The translations under genes were made by a program, and so were the position numbers. The notes beneath the pieces were generated by a model. The model had not been told where the DNA came from. It saw only the letters and a list, made by a program, of their open reading frames with translations, and did not search any database. A stretch of 64,000 bases of DNA from an uncultured Gammaproteobacteria bacterium (GTDB lineage Bacteria; Pseudomonadota; Gammaproteobacteria; JABCZS01), in assembly GCA_963848305.1 (NCBI GenBank), contig CAWKDC010000003.1, forward strand, positions 151,398 to 215,397, given 5' to 3'. Each line of letters begins with the position of its first letter. Within the stretch, counting starts at the first letter, position 1. Below, one piece after another: positions 44,609-54,068 of the stretch.

Positions 44609-44990
44609 AGTCGCACATTATCATGACACAAGAACGCAGGATAGGATAAAATACCATGAGCGCTGAAGGCGCGAGAGAAAATGTCACGAGACTCGAAGAG
44701 CACCCCATTATCATGAAACAAGGGCCCAGGCCGAAGGCCTGCAAGCAAATAGCCCAGGGTCAGGTGCGCAAAGCGCACCGCAACCCTGGGTTTAATAGGA
44801 TAAAATATCACGAGCGCTGAAGGCGCGAGAGAAAATGTCACGAGACTCGAAGAGCACCCCATTATCATGAAACAAGGGCCCAGGCCGAAGGCCTGCAAGT
44901 CAATAGCCCAGGGTTGCGGTGCGCAAAGCGCACCGCAACCCTGGGTTTGATAGGATAAAATATCACGAGCGCTGAAGGCGCGAGAGAAAT
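44609..44990. repeat. tandem array of ~154-bp composite palindromic units (REPIN/BIME-like), left of the yhcG-like gene
   Basis: Unit starts (GCACCCCATTATCATG) at 44700 and 44854, preceded by a degenerate partial unit. Each unit carries hairpins CAGGCC-GAA-GGCCTG and CCCAGGGT..GCGCAAAGCGC..ACCCTGGG (a perfect 18-bp stem at about 44908-44946) and two AAAAT(A/G)TCACGAG boxes. Confidence 0.85.
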
Positions 44991-45130
44991 AAAAATTCAA
45001 GATATTAATAACCGTTATTAAGTCAATTGTAATTTGATATTGCAGTGTGTTTCATCTTGTCTCACTGATTGCTGGATATGAAGAAGCCCCGTGAGCCCAA
45101 TTAAAACAACACGACGATAAGGATATAAAA

Positions 45131-46168
45131 ATGACCAAAGAATTATTCAACCTTCCAGTAGATTATACGGATTGGCTTATCAGTTTAAAGCAGCGCATCA
45201 GTGGTGCTCGTCAGCGAGCGGCGCTTGCAGCCAATCATGAACAAATCAAACTTTATTATGATATCGGAAAGGAAATTTTGGATCGCCAGAACCAGCAAGG
45301 ATGGGGTGCTAGTGTCATTGATAGGCTTTCCTCCGATCTTCGTGCGGCTTTTCCTGAAATGAAGGGTCTGTCGCCAAGAAACTTGAACTATATGAAGAGG
45401 TTCGCTGATGAATGCCCCAATCTTCTAATTTTGCAGCAATCTGCTGCAAAATTGCCCTGGTTCCATATTGTAACCCTTATCACCAAAGTAGCGGACCCTA
45501 AAGAGCGGGAATGGTATGCCATTCAGGCTACTCAGCAAGCCTGGCCCCGCGTAACCCTTGAGCTGCATATCAAAAACAATCTGTTTCAGCGTCAGGGTGC
45601 CGCCCCTAATAATTTTAAACAGCATTTTTCTGAACCTCATGCGGATCTTGCTGCTCAAATTTTAAAGGATCCCTATCATTTCGATTTTCTGGGACTGGGA
45701 GATGAGGCCCACGAGCAAGACATTGAATCAGCACTGATCCGTCACATCACACGATTTTTGCTTGAACTGGGCGCAGGCTTCGCCTTTGTTGGCCGGCAAT
45801 TTCGTTTGGAGGTGGAAGGCAGTGAGTTTTTCATTGATCTGCTGTTCTATCACACACGGCTCAAATGTTATGTGGTGGTTGAATTAAAGGCCACAGATTT
45901 CAAGCCAGAGCATGCAGGGCAGTTAAATTTTTACCTGGCTGCCGTCGACAATCAAGTCAAAGCACCTGACGACAAACCAACTATCGGCATATTGCTGTGT
46001 AAAACAAAAAAGCAATTGATCGCAGAATATGCTTTATCTGGTATTAAAAAGCCAATGGGAGTGGCTGAATATGAGCTTGTTCGAGCATTGCCTGATCCTC
46101 TTGATACCAATTTGCCGAGCATCGAAGAGCTTGAAATGGCGCTTTCTCAAGACTTATCTGATGAATGA
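45131..46168 (+). CDS. YhcG/DUF1016-family PD-(D/E)XK nuclease domain protein
   Basis: 345-aa ORF. N-terminal DUF1016-like region (LISLKQRISGARQRAALAANHEQIKLYYDIGKEIL...WGASVIDRLSSDL). C-terminal nuclease core (IDLLFYHTRLKCYVVVELK). Confidence 0.75.
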   Translation: MTKELFNLPVDYTDWLISLKQRISGARQRAALAANHEQIKLYYDIGKEILDRQNQQGWGASVIDRLSSDLRAAFPEMKGLSPRNLNYMKRFADECPNLLILQQSAAKLPWFHIVTLITKVADPKEREWYAIQATQQAWPRVTLELHIKNNLFQRQGAAPNNFKQHFSEPHADLAAQILKDPYHFDFLGLGDEAHEQDIESALIRHITRFLLELGAGFAFVGRQFRLEVEGSEFFIDLLFYHTRLKCYVVVELKATDFKPEHAGQLNFYLAAVDNQVKAPDDKPTIGILLCKTKKQLIAEYALSGIKKPMGVAEYELVRALPDPLDTNLPSIEELEMALSQDLSDE

Positions 46169-46221
46169 TACCATTATCAACTATTTGTTCATTTGCTTGA
46201 AGAAAGATCTAAATAGGCAGT

Positions 46222-46243
46222 TGTAGGGCGCATACTTGTGCCC
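46222..46243. repeat. REP-like element (degenerate TGTAGGGCGCA copy)
   Basis: TGTAGGGCGCATACTTGTGCCC, downstream of the yhcG-like gene. Confidence 0.4.
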
Positions 46244-46310
46244 GTGCGCCGATGGCGCGTGGGATATAATGCACTGCAAATGAACATGACAAATCGCCCC
46301 CTCACAATGC

Positions 46311-47218
46311 TCGCAGGCCGAAGGCCTGCAAGCAAATAGCCCAGGGTCAGGTGCGCAAAGCGCACCGCAACCCTGGGTTTGATAGGATAAAATATCACGA
46401 GCGCTGAAGGCGCGAGAGAAAATGTCACGAGACTCGAAGCGCACCCCATTATCATGAAACAAGGGCCCAGGCCAACGGCCTGCAAGCAAATAGCCCAGGG
46501 CCAGGTGCGCAAAGCGCACCGCAACCCTGGGTTTGATAGGATAAAATATCACGAGCGCTGAAGGCGCGAGAGAAAATGTCACGAGACTCGAAGCGCACCC
46601 CATTATCATGAAACAAGGCCCAGGCCAACGGCCTGCAAGCAAATAGCCCAGGGTCAGGTGCGCAAAGCGCACCGCAACCCTGGGTTTAATAGGATAAAAT
46701 ATCACGAGCGCTGAAGGCGCGAGAGAAAATGTCACGAGACTCGAAGCGCACCCCATTATCATGAAACAAGGCCCCAGGCCAAAGGCCTGCAAGTCAATAG
46801 CCCAGGGTCAGGTGCGCAAAGCGCACCGCAACCCTGGGTTTGATAGGATAAAATATCACGAGCGCTGAGGGAGCGAGAGAAAATGTCACGCGCTTTCAGC
46901 GCTACCTTCAATCAACTGATCGTTACCTGGGGCGTTGCCCCAGGCTATTAACTCACAGGCCTTCGGCCTGATCGGGTTTTTAAAGGTCGGATGATGAAAA
47001 TTTGGATTTCTTCAGACTCAAAGAGCACCCCATTATCATGAAACAAGGGCCCAGGCCAACGGCCTGCAAGCAAATAGCCCAGGGCCAGGTGCGCAAAGCG
47101 CACCGCAACCCTGGGTTTAATAGGATAAAATGTCACGCGCTTTCAGCGCTACCTTCAATCAACTGATCGTTACCTGGGGCGTTGCCCCAGGCTATTAACT
47201 CACAGGCCTTCGGCCTGA
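46311..47218. repeat. tandem array of 153-154-bp composite palindromic units plus two inverted diverged units (REPIN/BIME-like)
   Basis: Unit starts at 46441, 46595, 46748 and 47025. Two ~92-bp identical segments (about 46880-46971 and 47127-47218) contain the same three hairpin types in the opposite orientation (AGCGC/GCGCT, CCTGGGGC-GTT-GCCCCAGG, CAGGCC-TTCG-GCCTG). Confidence 0.85.
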
Positions 47219-47238
47219 GGAAGGATAATGCAATAAAT

Positions 47239-47282
47239 AGCTGGCAACAGGAATCGAACCCGTGACCTACTGATTACAAATC
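47239..47282. repeat. att direct repeat (duplicate of the 3' 44 nt of tRNA-Thr)
   Basis: AGCTGGCAACAGGAATCGAACCCGTGACCTACTGATTACAAATC is identical to 55662-55705. The sequences diverge immediately after it. Confidence 0.9.
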
Positions 47283-47426
47283 GGGCACGATACTTGTTTC
47301 ATCAGTGTTCACCATGCTTCATATAATTACACAGTTTCATTCAAAAACCCCTATTTTGATAGTGTTATTCGTAGTAACATAGTGCAGGGCGTTTCATCTC
47401 GTTTCACTGATTGCCACCTTCACAGA

Positions 47427-47446
47427 GGAACCCTATGAGGAACCCC
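47427..47446 (+). promoter_or_regulatory. tandem GGAACCC(C) repeats near the integrase-proximal island end (candidate integrase arm-type sites)
   Basis: GGAACCCTATGAGGAACCCC with 12-nt periodicity. The same motif recurs at 55575-55611 at the other island end. Confidence 0.3.
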
Positions 47447-47480
47447 AATATTTGTAATTAAACTAACGGAATAGAAGTTA

Positions 47481-48701
47481 ATGCAATTTACAGAAAAACA
47501 GATACAAGCGCTGAAACCCAAAGAACAGCGATATGATATTCGAGAAAAAAGTGGGAGTGGGTTCGCGGTACGTGTTTTTACCTCGGGCGAAAAATCTTGG
47601 ATATTCTTTTATAACTTTGAGGGAAGAAAACGTCGCATGACCCTGGGTAGTTATCCAGCGCTTAGTTTAAGCGAGGCGAGATCTCTTCATCGTAATGCTC
47701 TAACCATCTTAGCTCATGGGAATGATCCCGGTTTAAGCAAACAGAAAGAAAAACTTGAAACGCGCTTATCTGCCACCATCGAAGCTCTAATTCACGAATA
47801 TATAGAAAAATGGGCTAAGCCTCGCAAGCGTTCATGGCAAGAAGATGAAAGAATTTTACTAAAAGATGTTCAGCCCGCATTCAGAAACAGAAAGGCCAGA
47901 GACATCACAAAGCGCGACATCCTGTTGCTTCTAGACAAAATCAAAGAACGAAACGCCCCAATTGCCGCCAACCGTACATTGGCTTGCGTGAGACGGCTGT
48001 TTAATTTTGCTGTCGAGCGAGACATCATCACCAGCAGCCCTTGCTCATCAATCAAAGCACCTGCCAAAGAGAATCGTCGCGAACGTTGTTTATCGCTTGA
48101 TGAAATTAGGTGTGTTTGGGACGGCCTGCCTAAGGCACGCATGTCGCTAAGTACTCAGCTTGTTCTTAAATTCCAGCTTGTCACAGCGCAGCGTAAAGGC
48201 GAGGTCATTACTGCTGAATGGAGCGATTTTGACATTACTGCTGGCTGGTGGACGATCCCTGCTTCAAAAGCAAAAAATGATCATGTAAATCGAGTCCCGC
48301 TCTCAAAGCTCGCGATTCAACTCCTTGATGAAATTAAAACGATATCAGGTGATTCGCACTGGCTTTTCCCTGCCGTTCGAGGTGATGGACATATCGGAGG
48401 CCAATCCATTGATCACGCAGTGCGTAGAAGTATTGAAGTATTTGAGGTCATAGATCCGTGGACACCACACGATCTCAGAAGAACTGCGGCCACTCACATC
48501 ACTGGCATGGGTATACCTCGTCTCGTTGTGAGCAAACTTCTAAATCATGCGGAGAATAGTGTGACAGCTATTTATGACCGCCATAGCTATGATGCTGAAA
48601 AAAAGCATGCTTTAGATGTCTGGGCGACGAAATTGCAAAATCTGATCGATGGCGTTGACTCTTCCGACAATATCATTGCATTGAAAAAAATCGGGGGTTG
48701 A
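47481..48701 (+). CDS. int: tyrosine-type site-specific integrase (P4-like, DUF4102 arm-binding N-domain)
   Basis: 406-aa ORF. N-terminus LKPKEQRYDIREKSGSGFAVRVFTSGEKSWIFFY...MTLGSYPALSLSEAR. Catalytic region with TPHDLRRTAATH and AIYDRHSY. Confidence 0.9.
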   Translation: MQFTEKQIQALKPKEQRYDIREKSGSGFAVRVFTSGEKSWIFFYNFEGRKRRMTLGSYPALSLSEARSLHRNALTILAHGNDPGLSKQKEKLETRLSATIEALIHEYIEKWAKPRKRSWQEDERILLKDVQPAFRNRKARDITKRDILLLLDKIKERNAPIAANRTLACVRRLFNFAVERDIITSSPCSSIKAPAKENRRERCLSLDEIRCVWDGLPKARMSLSTQLVLKFQLVTAQRKGEVITAEWSDFDITAGWWTIPASKAKNDHVNRVPLSKLAIQLLDEIKTISGDSHWLFPAVRGDGHIGGQSIDHAVRRSIEVFEVIDPWTPHDLRRTAATHITGMGIPRLVVSKLLNHAENSVTAIYDRHSYDAEKKHALDVWATKLQNLIDGVDSSDNIIALKKIGG

Positions 48702-48704
48702 TCA

Positions 48705-49517
48705 GTGGAGAGCGAAAAATTTCAAGAAATAGCTTTAAACGATTTAAAGACATCACCGACGTTTGGTGGTATGGAAATGCCCCGAAAATCAAATCCTAGA
48801 AAATCATCTCCCAAAAAAAGAAAGAAAGCAAAAAGGTACAAACCGATTGCACTGCATCTTTCTGATGAAAAGATTGCGGCAATTAAGGCTGATTTAGCAG
48901 TAATTGGAAAAAAATATGGTTTCAAGGAGGACTATGATCTTTATCAAAATCTACTTTCCTTGCGGAGTCACGTTGACGCACATGAGATTGCTGTAATGAA
49001 CTACCCTCGTCCAGCAGAAACAAAAGACCAATTGGTAAACCTGTTGAAGACAGCCAAAGAGCTGAGCAGACTCTTTGCTAGAAATACTGCATTACAAACA
49101 AAGATTCGCTTACTAGAAGCTCCTGAATTATTTGCTCAGAGGGGATACACGAATCTAAAGCGCCAAAATGGTGATTGGCATTTTAATCAATTTCAAAAAG
49201 ATCTTGATGTATTAATCAGGAATGCTCATTTTGCATTGGAACTTGTACCTGTAGATCAAGGTGGTAGGAAGGCATTTTGTAGAGCAGAAACGGCTATATT
49301 TTGGCTTGCTTCTTATTTTGGACAGGGCACAGATACGATACCTAGATGTGGCGAGAAGTATGAAAAGAATTGTTACATCGGAGAATTTTATGACTTTATA
49401 TTAGACATCGAGGGATGTCTAAATGATGTAGGTATAGACCTGCCCAATCGTAAAACAATTGGAAAATACGCGACAATACAGTCCTCAAGATATAGAGCAT
49501 TAATTGGCAAGAAATAA
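48705..49517 (+). CDS. hypothetical island protein (270 aa, Lys/Arg-rich N-terminal segment)
   Basis: GTG-start ORF 4 nt after the int stop. PRKSNPRKSSPKKRKKAKRYKP basic tract. No recognisable domain. Confidence 0.5.
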   Translation: MESEKFQEIALNDLKTSPTFGGMEMPRKSNPRKSSPKKRKKAKRYKPIALHLSDEKIAAIKADLAVIGKKYGFKEDYDLYQNLLSLRSHVDAHEIAVMNYPRPAETKDQLVNLLKTAKELSRLFARNTALQTKIRLLEAPELFAQRGYTNLKRQNGDWHFNQFQKDLDVLIRNAHFALELVPVDQGGRKAFCRAETAIFWLASYFGQGTDTIPRCGEKYEKNCYIGEFYDFILDIEGCLNDVGIDLPNRKTIGKYATIQSSRYRALIGKK

Positions 49518-49643
49518 CAATCCATACTGGTGAACAGTGACACTACTTCTTTCAAAAAAGCATAGGTAGCGTCGCTGTGATCAATCAACAACGATGTGGT
49601 CTACTGAATACCGTTAAGCAATGGTAATTTAGGAGACACTAAC

Positions 49644-49838
49644 ATGCAATCTTGTCCTACCCAAAGCTCTTTGATTCGATACAAAGCATTAAAACAGCTA
49701 ATTGGCGTCAGTCGCTCCACAATATTCAGATGGGAGCGTGACTCAAAGTTTCCACATCATTTCAATTTAGGTGGTAATACTATCGCCTGGCGCCTATCAG
49801 AGGTGGAGGAGTGGATTGCAGAAAAACAAAAAGCTTAA
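49644..49838 (+). CDS. alpA: AlpA-family phage regulatory protein / excisionase-like HTH
   Basis: 64-aa ORF. LIRYKALKQLIGVSRSTIFRWERDSKFPHHFNLGGNTIAWRLSEVEEWI is typical of Phage_AlpA. Confidence 0.85.
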   Translation: MQSCPTQSSLIRYKALKQLIGVSRSTIFRWERDSKFPHHFNLGGNTIAWRLSEVEEWIAEKQKA

Positions 49839-49912
49839 GCATCAAAGGTAGCGCCGAAGGCAGGAATGGCAATCGGCGCAAATTAAGTTTCAAACACACA
49901 GGATTATACCAT

Positions 49913-50896
49913 ATGGACAAATATATTGGTTTCAATAGAAACAACCTCCCCACCCCCACTGAAGTTTTAAATATGCTCAGCATCAAAATACCCAAGCCTA
50001 ATCGAGGTGGATTTTTTGAAATAACATGCCCCGTACATTCTGGCGGCAAAGAAAAGCATCCTTCACTACATGTGCACAATGTGGACGGTTATTTTTTGTG
50101 CCAAGCCTGCAACGTTAAAGGTGGTGATGTCATCGATCTTTGGTGCCTTTATACAAGAGAAAATTTTAAGCAGGCAATTCAATCATTGGGGTGCAGTGAT
50201 GATGCGGCTTTAGGAAGTGTAGTGTCACATGCCATGCCTTACTTCGAGAGAATGCTCGAAACTGGGAAGGACATACTCAAAGATAAACAAGAGAAAGCTC
50301 GGCTGTTAAAAAAGTCTGTGATGCGCCATAAACGCCTGGCCCAGCCAGCACCTGAAACCCATGGTTATTTGAAGCTTAAAGGGATCAAGCTTCAAAATCT
50401 GAAGGTTGTTGACGGGTACTTGATCATCCCTATGTACACTGGTCGGTGTCAGCTTGTTTCCTATCAGCGTATCTGGCCTGATCGTACAAAAAAAGTTTTA
50501 GCAAATACCCCTGTCTCGGGGTTATATGGCCTTGTCGGCCTTTACGATGAGACCAAGCCCATTATCATATGCGAGGGGCTCTCAAAAGCCTACGCAATCT
50601 GGGCAAGCCTGGGTATCGCATGTTTTATATCATTTGGACATAGTAACCTTACTGATGCTCTTAAAACAATCCTGATGCATTTTCAGCACAATGCTGAGGT
50701 GATCATTGCGGCAGATAACGATCCGCACGGATTTGGCTTAGAATCCGCAAGAAAGGCATTGGAATCCTTGAAGCTATATCGAATTAAAAATGTACGAATA
50801 GCTATCCCTAAAAAAATTGGTGAAGATTTTTGCGATCTTTATCAAGCTGAAGGCGCTGCTGCCCTTGTTGCTTTATTCGATGAGGTGATGGCATGA
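49913..50896 (+). CDS. DNA primase-like protein (CHC2-type zinc finger + Toprim)
   Basis: CPVHSGGKEKHPSLHV...FLCQACNVKGGDVIDL zinc-binding region. Toprim-like IIICEGLSKAYAIW...IAADNDPHG. The track ORF starts at 49811; the ATG at 49913 is preferred. Confidence 0.75.
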   Translation: MDKYIGFNRNNLPTPTEVLNMLSIKIPKPNRGGFFEITCPVHSGGKEKHPSLHVHNVDGYFLCQACNVKGGDVIDLWCLYTRENFKQAIQSLGCSDDAALGSVVSHAMPYFERMLETGKDILKDKQEKARLLKKSVMRHKRLAQPAPETHGYLKLKGIKLQNLKVVDGYLIIPMYTGRCQLVSYQRIWPDRTKKVLANTPVSGLYGLVGLYDETKPIIICEGLSKAYAIWASLGIACFISFGHSNLTDALKTILMHFQHNAEVIIAADNDPHGFGLESARKALESLKLYRIKNVRIAIPKKIGEDFCDLYQAEGAAALVALFDEVMA

Positions 50897-52757
50897 AAAC
50901 AGACATTGACATAATTAACTGCGAACAATGCGAACAGCGTGAACAACCCAATGGCAACGTGGATTTACAAGGTTCGCATGACAAAACAGCATCTGCGAAC
51001 GTTGCGAACGATTCACATATAAACGATCATGATGAGTTGATGACAAAGATTCTGAGACCATCGTTCATTTGTCATGTTAATCCCTTTGTAAGAGATGGCA
51101 ATGAGATGAGGGAGGGTCTTTATTGGCATAATGTCGTGTCCACGAATGATGGGCGAGTGGAAGTTGATGAATGGATCTGCACACCATTGCGTGTAGTTGC
51201 AATATCTTCATCGCCCAAAAGCGACTTTTTTGGCCGGCTTCTCGAATTTCAAGATAGCAACGGAAAATGGCACACATGGGCGATGCCTATGCATTTGCTA
51301 AAAAGCACTGGTGATGAATTGCGTGCAGAACTGTTAGACAAAGGGCTAATTTTCGATCAGAAAAAACGTAACTTACTTACTCAATATATTTTGAGTGCAA
51401 ACTCTGAGAGAAAAATTATTGCCGCAAGCACTGTTGGCTGGCACAAAAACTCTTTTGTTTTACCCGGTCATGTGATCGGCAATGATGATGTGATTTTTCA
51501 GTCCGAAGAGGCAGAGAATGATGAATTTGTAACGACCGGCACGCTCGATGGTTGGCAGACTGAAATTGGACTACATTCCGAGAATAATATCCCTTTAATG
51601 GTCTCAATCTCAGCTGTCCTTGCGGGCCATTATTTCGACGAGCCAATCGTCAGCAAGGTGGAGGTATTCATTGGATCGGGGATTCATCATCCGGAAAATC
51701 CACTTGCGTTGAAGTTGCGGCATCAGTTTGGGGTTCGCCTGAGCTCATACGCTCCTGGAGTGCCACTGCCAATGGTTTAGAAGGTATAGCATCTGTCCGC
51801 AATGATCTGTGTCTATTGTTGGATGAAATTGACGAGGCCTTGACGGATGAAGTCGGTAAGATTGTTTATTTGCTTGCAAATGGACGTGGAAAGCAACGAG
51901 CTGGACGCACTGGTTTAGCAAGAAAAACCAGCAAGTGGTGCACAATGACAATTTCTACTGGCGAGCGTGATTTGTCATCAATCATTGGCGAGTCGGGTAA
52001 GCGTGCGAATGCGGGTCAAATGGTGCGCCTTCTCAACATACCTTCCCGTTTCGAGCATGGTGTTTTTAGTGACTTGCATGGTTTTTCAGGTGGACGTGCT
52101 CTTGCCGATCACTTGAAAGTTAAGAGGTTAGAACATCACGGGCATGTTGGTCCAGCCTTTATCAGAAAGTTAATTGATGAAAGGGGGGATTTGAGTGAAA
52201 AGCTAGAAATGTTAACCAAACAGCTGATCACCTGCGCGATGTCTCATCTCGAAGAGCGTGCTGCAGGCTTATTTGCACTTATAGCCTTAGCAGGTGAATT
52301 GGGAATTGAGTATGGGCTGTTGCCGTGGAAAGAAGGGGGGGCTATTAATGCGGTTACAGAGGCCTTCCTAAGGTGGCAGGAATTCCATGGCGTTGGACAT
52401 ACAGAAGATCAGCAGATCCTTAAATCAATAAGTAGTTACATTGAGAAATACGCAGATTCTCGATTTTCCTCATATAAAGAAAATTCTGACAATCAAGACA
52501 GCAGGCCTGTGAATGTCCGTTCTGGCTGGTTTAAAGAGGATGATAAAAATGGACGCGTTTACATGTTTACAGGTGAAGCACTTGACGAAGCAGCCGGGCG
52601 ATATCCACGTCAACGCATTATTGATGCATTGAACAAATATGGCTGGATTGCAGAAAGAAGTGATAAGCGATGGACCAAAAAGGTCAGAGTACAGGGGATG
52701 ACTAATGGAAAAGAACTCTATCACATCAGAGAGGTTGAGCTTGATCATGGGGATTGA
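50893..52757 (+). pseudogene. DUF927-family replicative helicase-like protein, interrupted by a 1-nt frame shift
   Basis: ORF 50893..51780 has the DUF927-like N-domain (WICTPLRVVA...FGRLLEFQDSNGKWHTWAMP). My translation of a third frame reads PLFRRANRQQGGGIHWIGDSSSGKSTCVEVAASVWG (Walker A) and runs into ORF 51816..52757. The junction is at GCGGGCCATT, about 51623-51628. Confidence 0.75.
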
Positions 52758-53163
52758 TGAAGTCATTAACAAGTTTTGTTCGCAGCCTATAGCGCGTCGC
52801 GAACATGTTGCGAACGCCAAAACGTCCGCCATTCCTGGACGTTCGCACCGTTCGCAGTGTTCGCACCAGCAAATCGTTACATCGAATCCAAAATCAACCT
52901 ATCAGCTTGTTGAGGAATTTATTGACAAGGCGGCTGGGCTTGGTGTTGATTTATCATGGGATGATCAACGGTGGCTGAAGAACATGCTCTGGGATGTTAA
53001 CATGGCTGATGCCCATAAATTGTTATGTCAGTATTACATTGAATGGTGTGACGGTGCAGCTGCTGAAAAAATGGAGCACAAGAAGTGTAATGCTGGCCGA
53101 CTTCGTGCTAACACTTTTTTGCGTGAAACTCTTTCATCAATGCACCAATGGAGAAAAAAATGA
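52705..53163 (+). CDS. hypothetical island protein (152 aa; start may be the ATG at 52747)
   Basis: The ORF overlaps the helicase 3' end. No recognisable domain. Confidence 0.4.
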   Translation: MEKNSITSERLSLIMGIDEVINKFCSQPIARREHVANAKTSAIPGRSHRSQCSHQQIVTSNPKSTYQLVEEFIDKAAGLGVDLSWDDQRWLKNMLWDVNMADAHKLLCQYYIEWCDGAAAEKMEHKKCNAGRLRANTFLRETLSSMHQWRKK

Positions 53164-53759
53164 ACGTAGAAGATATCAATAAGCCCAAAATTTATCATGT
53201 AAACAATCAAAAAGTTGAGGCCGAGCAGGGTATCAAATTTCGTGCGGATTCGAGTGATGGGCAGATACAATCGGATCAAATCACAAAACAACTTAATGAA
53301 GAGAGCAAGGAATATAAGATTGCAGAAGCAAAAGCATTTGCCGGAAGCTGGGGACAAACCACTCTGACTATTGAAATGTTGTGCGGTAGTCGCCTCGACA
53401 TTAATTGCCTGATGGATGAGCTCAAAGTACAGATAAGGGAGCTCGTTGATGATGGTTCTCGTCAGAGCGCAATCATGTTGGCCAGCAGCTCCATCGCGTT
53501 AAATGTGCTTTCCCACAATTTGCTGCGTAATTCAAGCAAAGCAGTGAGCGTCGAAGAAGGCTTGGCACGCGCCGATCTTGCTCTGAAATCATTCGATCAG
53601 GTTCGAAAAATGCTGTTAGCGTTGGATCAAATAAAAAGACCCAGGCAGCAGATTACTCAAAACAACTATTTGCAAGAATCCGTGCAAACAAACATTTTAG
53701 ATCCTCAAAACGAAAAGGTAGGGTCAACATTAAAGGGGGTGAACGATGAAGCAACGTAG
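53148..53759 (+). CDS. hypothetical island protein (203 aa)
   Basis: Overlaps both neighbouring ORFs, suggesting one operon. No recognisable domain. Confidence 0.45.
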   Translation: MEKKMNVEDINKPKIYHVNNQKVEAEQGIKFRADSSDGQIQSDQITKQLNEESKEYKIAEAKAFAGSWGQTTLTIEMLCGSRLDINCLMDELKVQIRELVDDGSRQSAIMLASSSIALNVLSHNLLRNSSKAVSVEEGLARADLALKSFDQVRKMLLALDQIKRPRQQITQNNYLQESVQTNILDPQNEKVGSTLKGVNDEAT

Positions 53760-53964
53760 GTGGAACGAGGATCAGCGCAGACAACACAGTCAATTGATTC
53801 ATAATGTTAGGCCCTGGGAATCTGGTACAGGCCCTCGTACGCCCGAGGGGTTGGCTATCAGCAAGATGAACGCCTTACGAACTGGTCTATATGCTGCTGA
53901 GCTTCGTGAGGCAAGAAGGCATTTAGCGGAATGCAGAAGATTAACAAGAAATATAGCAAGCTAG
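53746..53964 (+). CDS. hypothetical small basic island protein (72 aa)
   Basis: The GPRTPEGLAISKMNALRTGLYA segment resembles small conserved proteins I recall near integrases. Function unknown. Confidence 0.4.
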   Translation: MKQRRWNEDQRRQHSQLIHNVRPWESGTGPRTPEGLAISKMNALRTGLYAAELREARRHLAECRRLTRNIAS

Positions 53965-54068
53965 CTTATATATGTATTTTTATCAGAACCATTCATCCGG
54001 TTGCACTGGTGTGCAAGAAAGTGTATCATTCTTCAAACTGAAAACCCATTGAGTAGTAGGAGGGGTAG

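Noticed and set aside
44566-47136. ORF-track entries inside the repeat arrays (44566..45000, the 5' 87 codons of 43242..44744, 46181..46792, 46189..46524, 46948..47136) as protein-coding genes
   Set aside because: Their sequences are just the 153-154-bp unit translated repeatedly (GPCFMIMGC.SSLVTFSLAPSAL...). The 154-nt periods break the frame. No RBS or start context is present, and the DNA is dominated by perfect hairpins.
44609-47218. CRISPR array
   Set aside because: Units abut one another with no unique spacers. The period is about 154 bp rather than 60-75 bp. The units contain several internal palindromes, inverted copies occur, and no cas gene is in the window.
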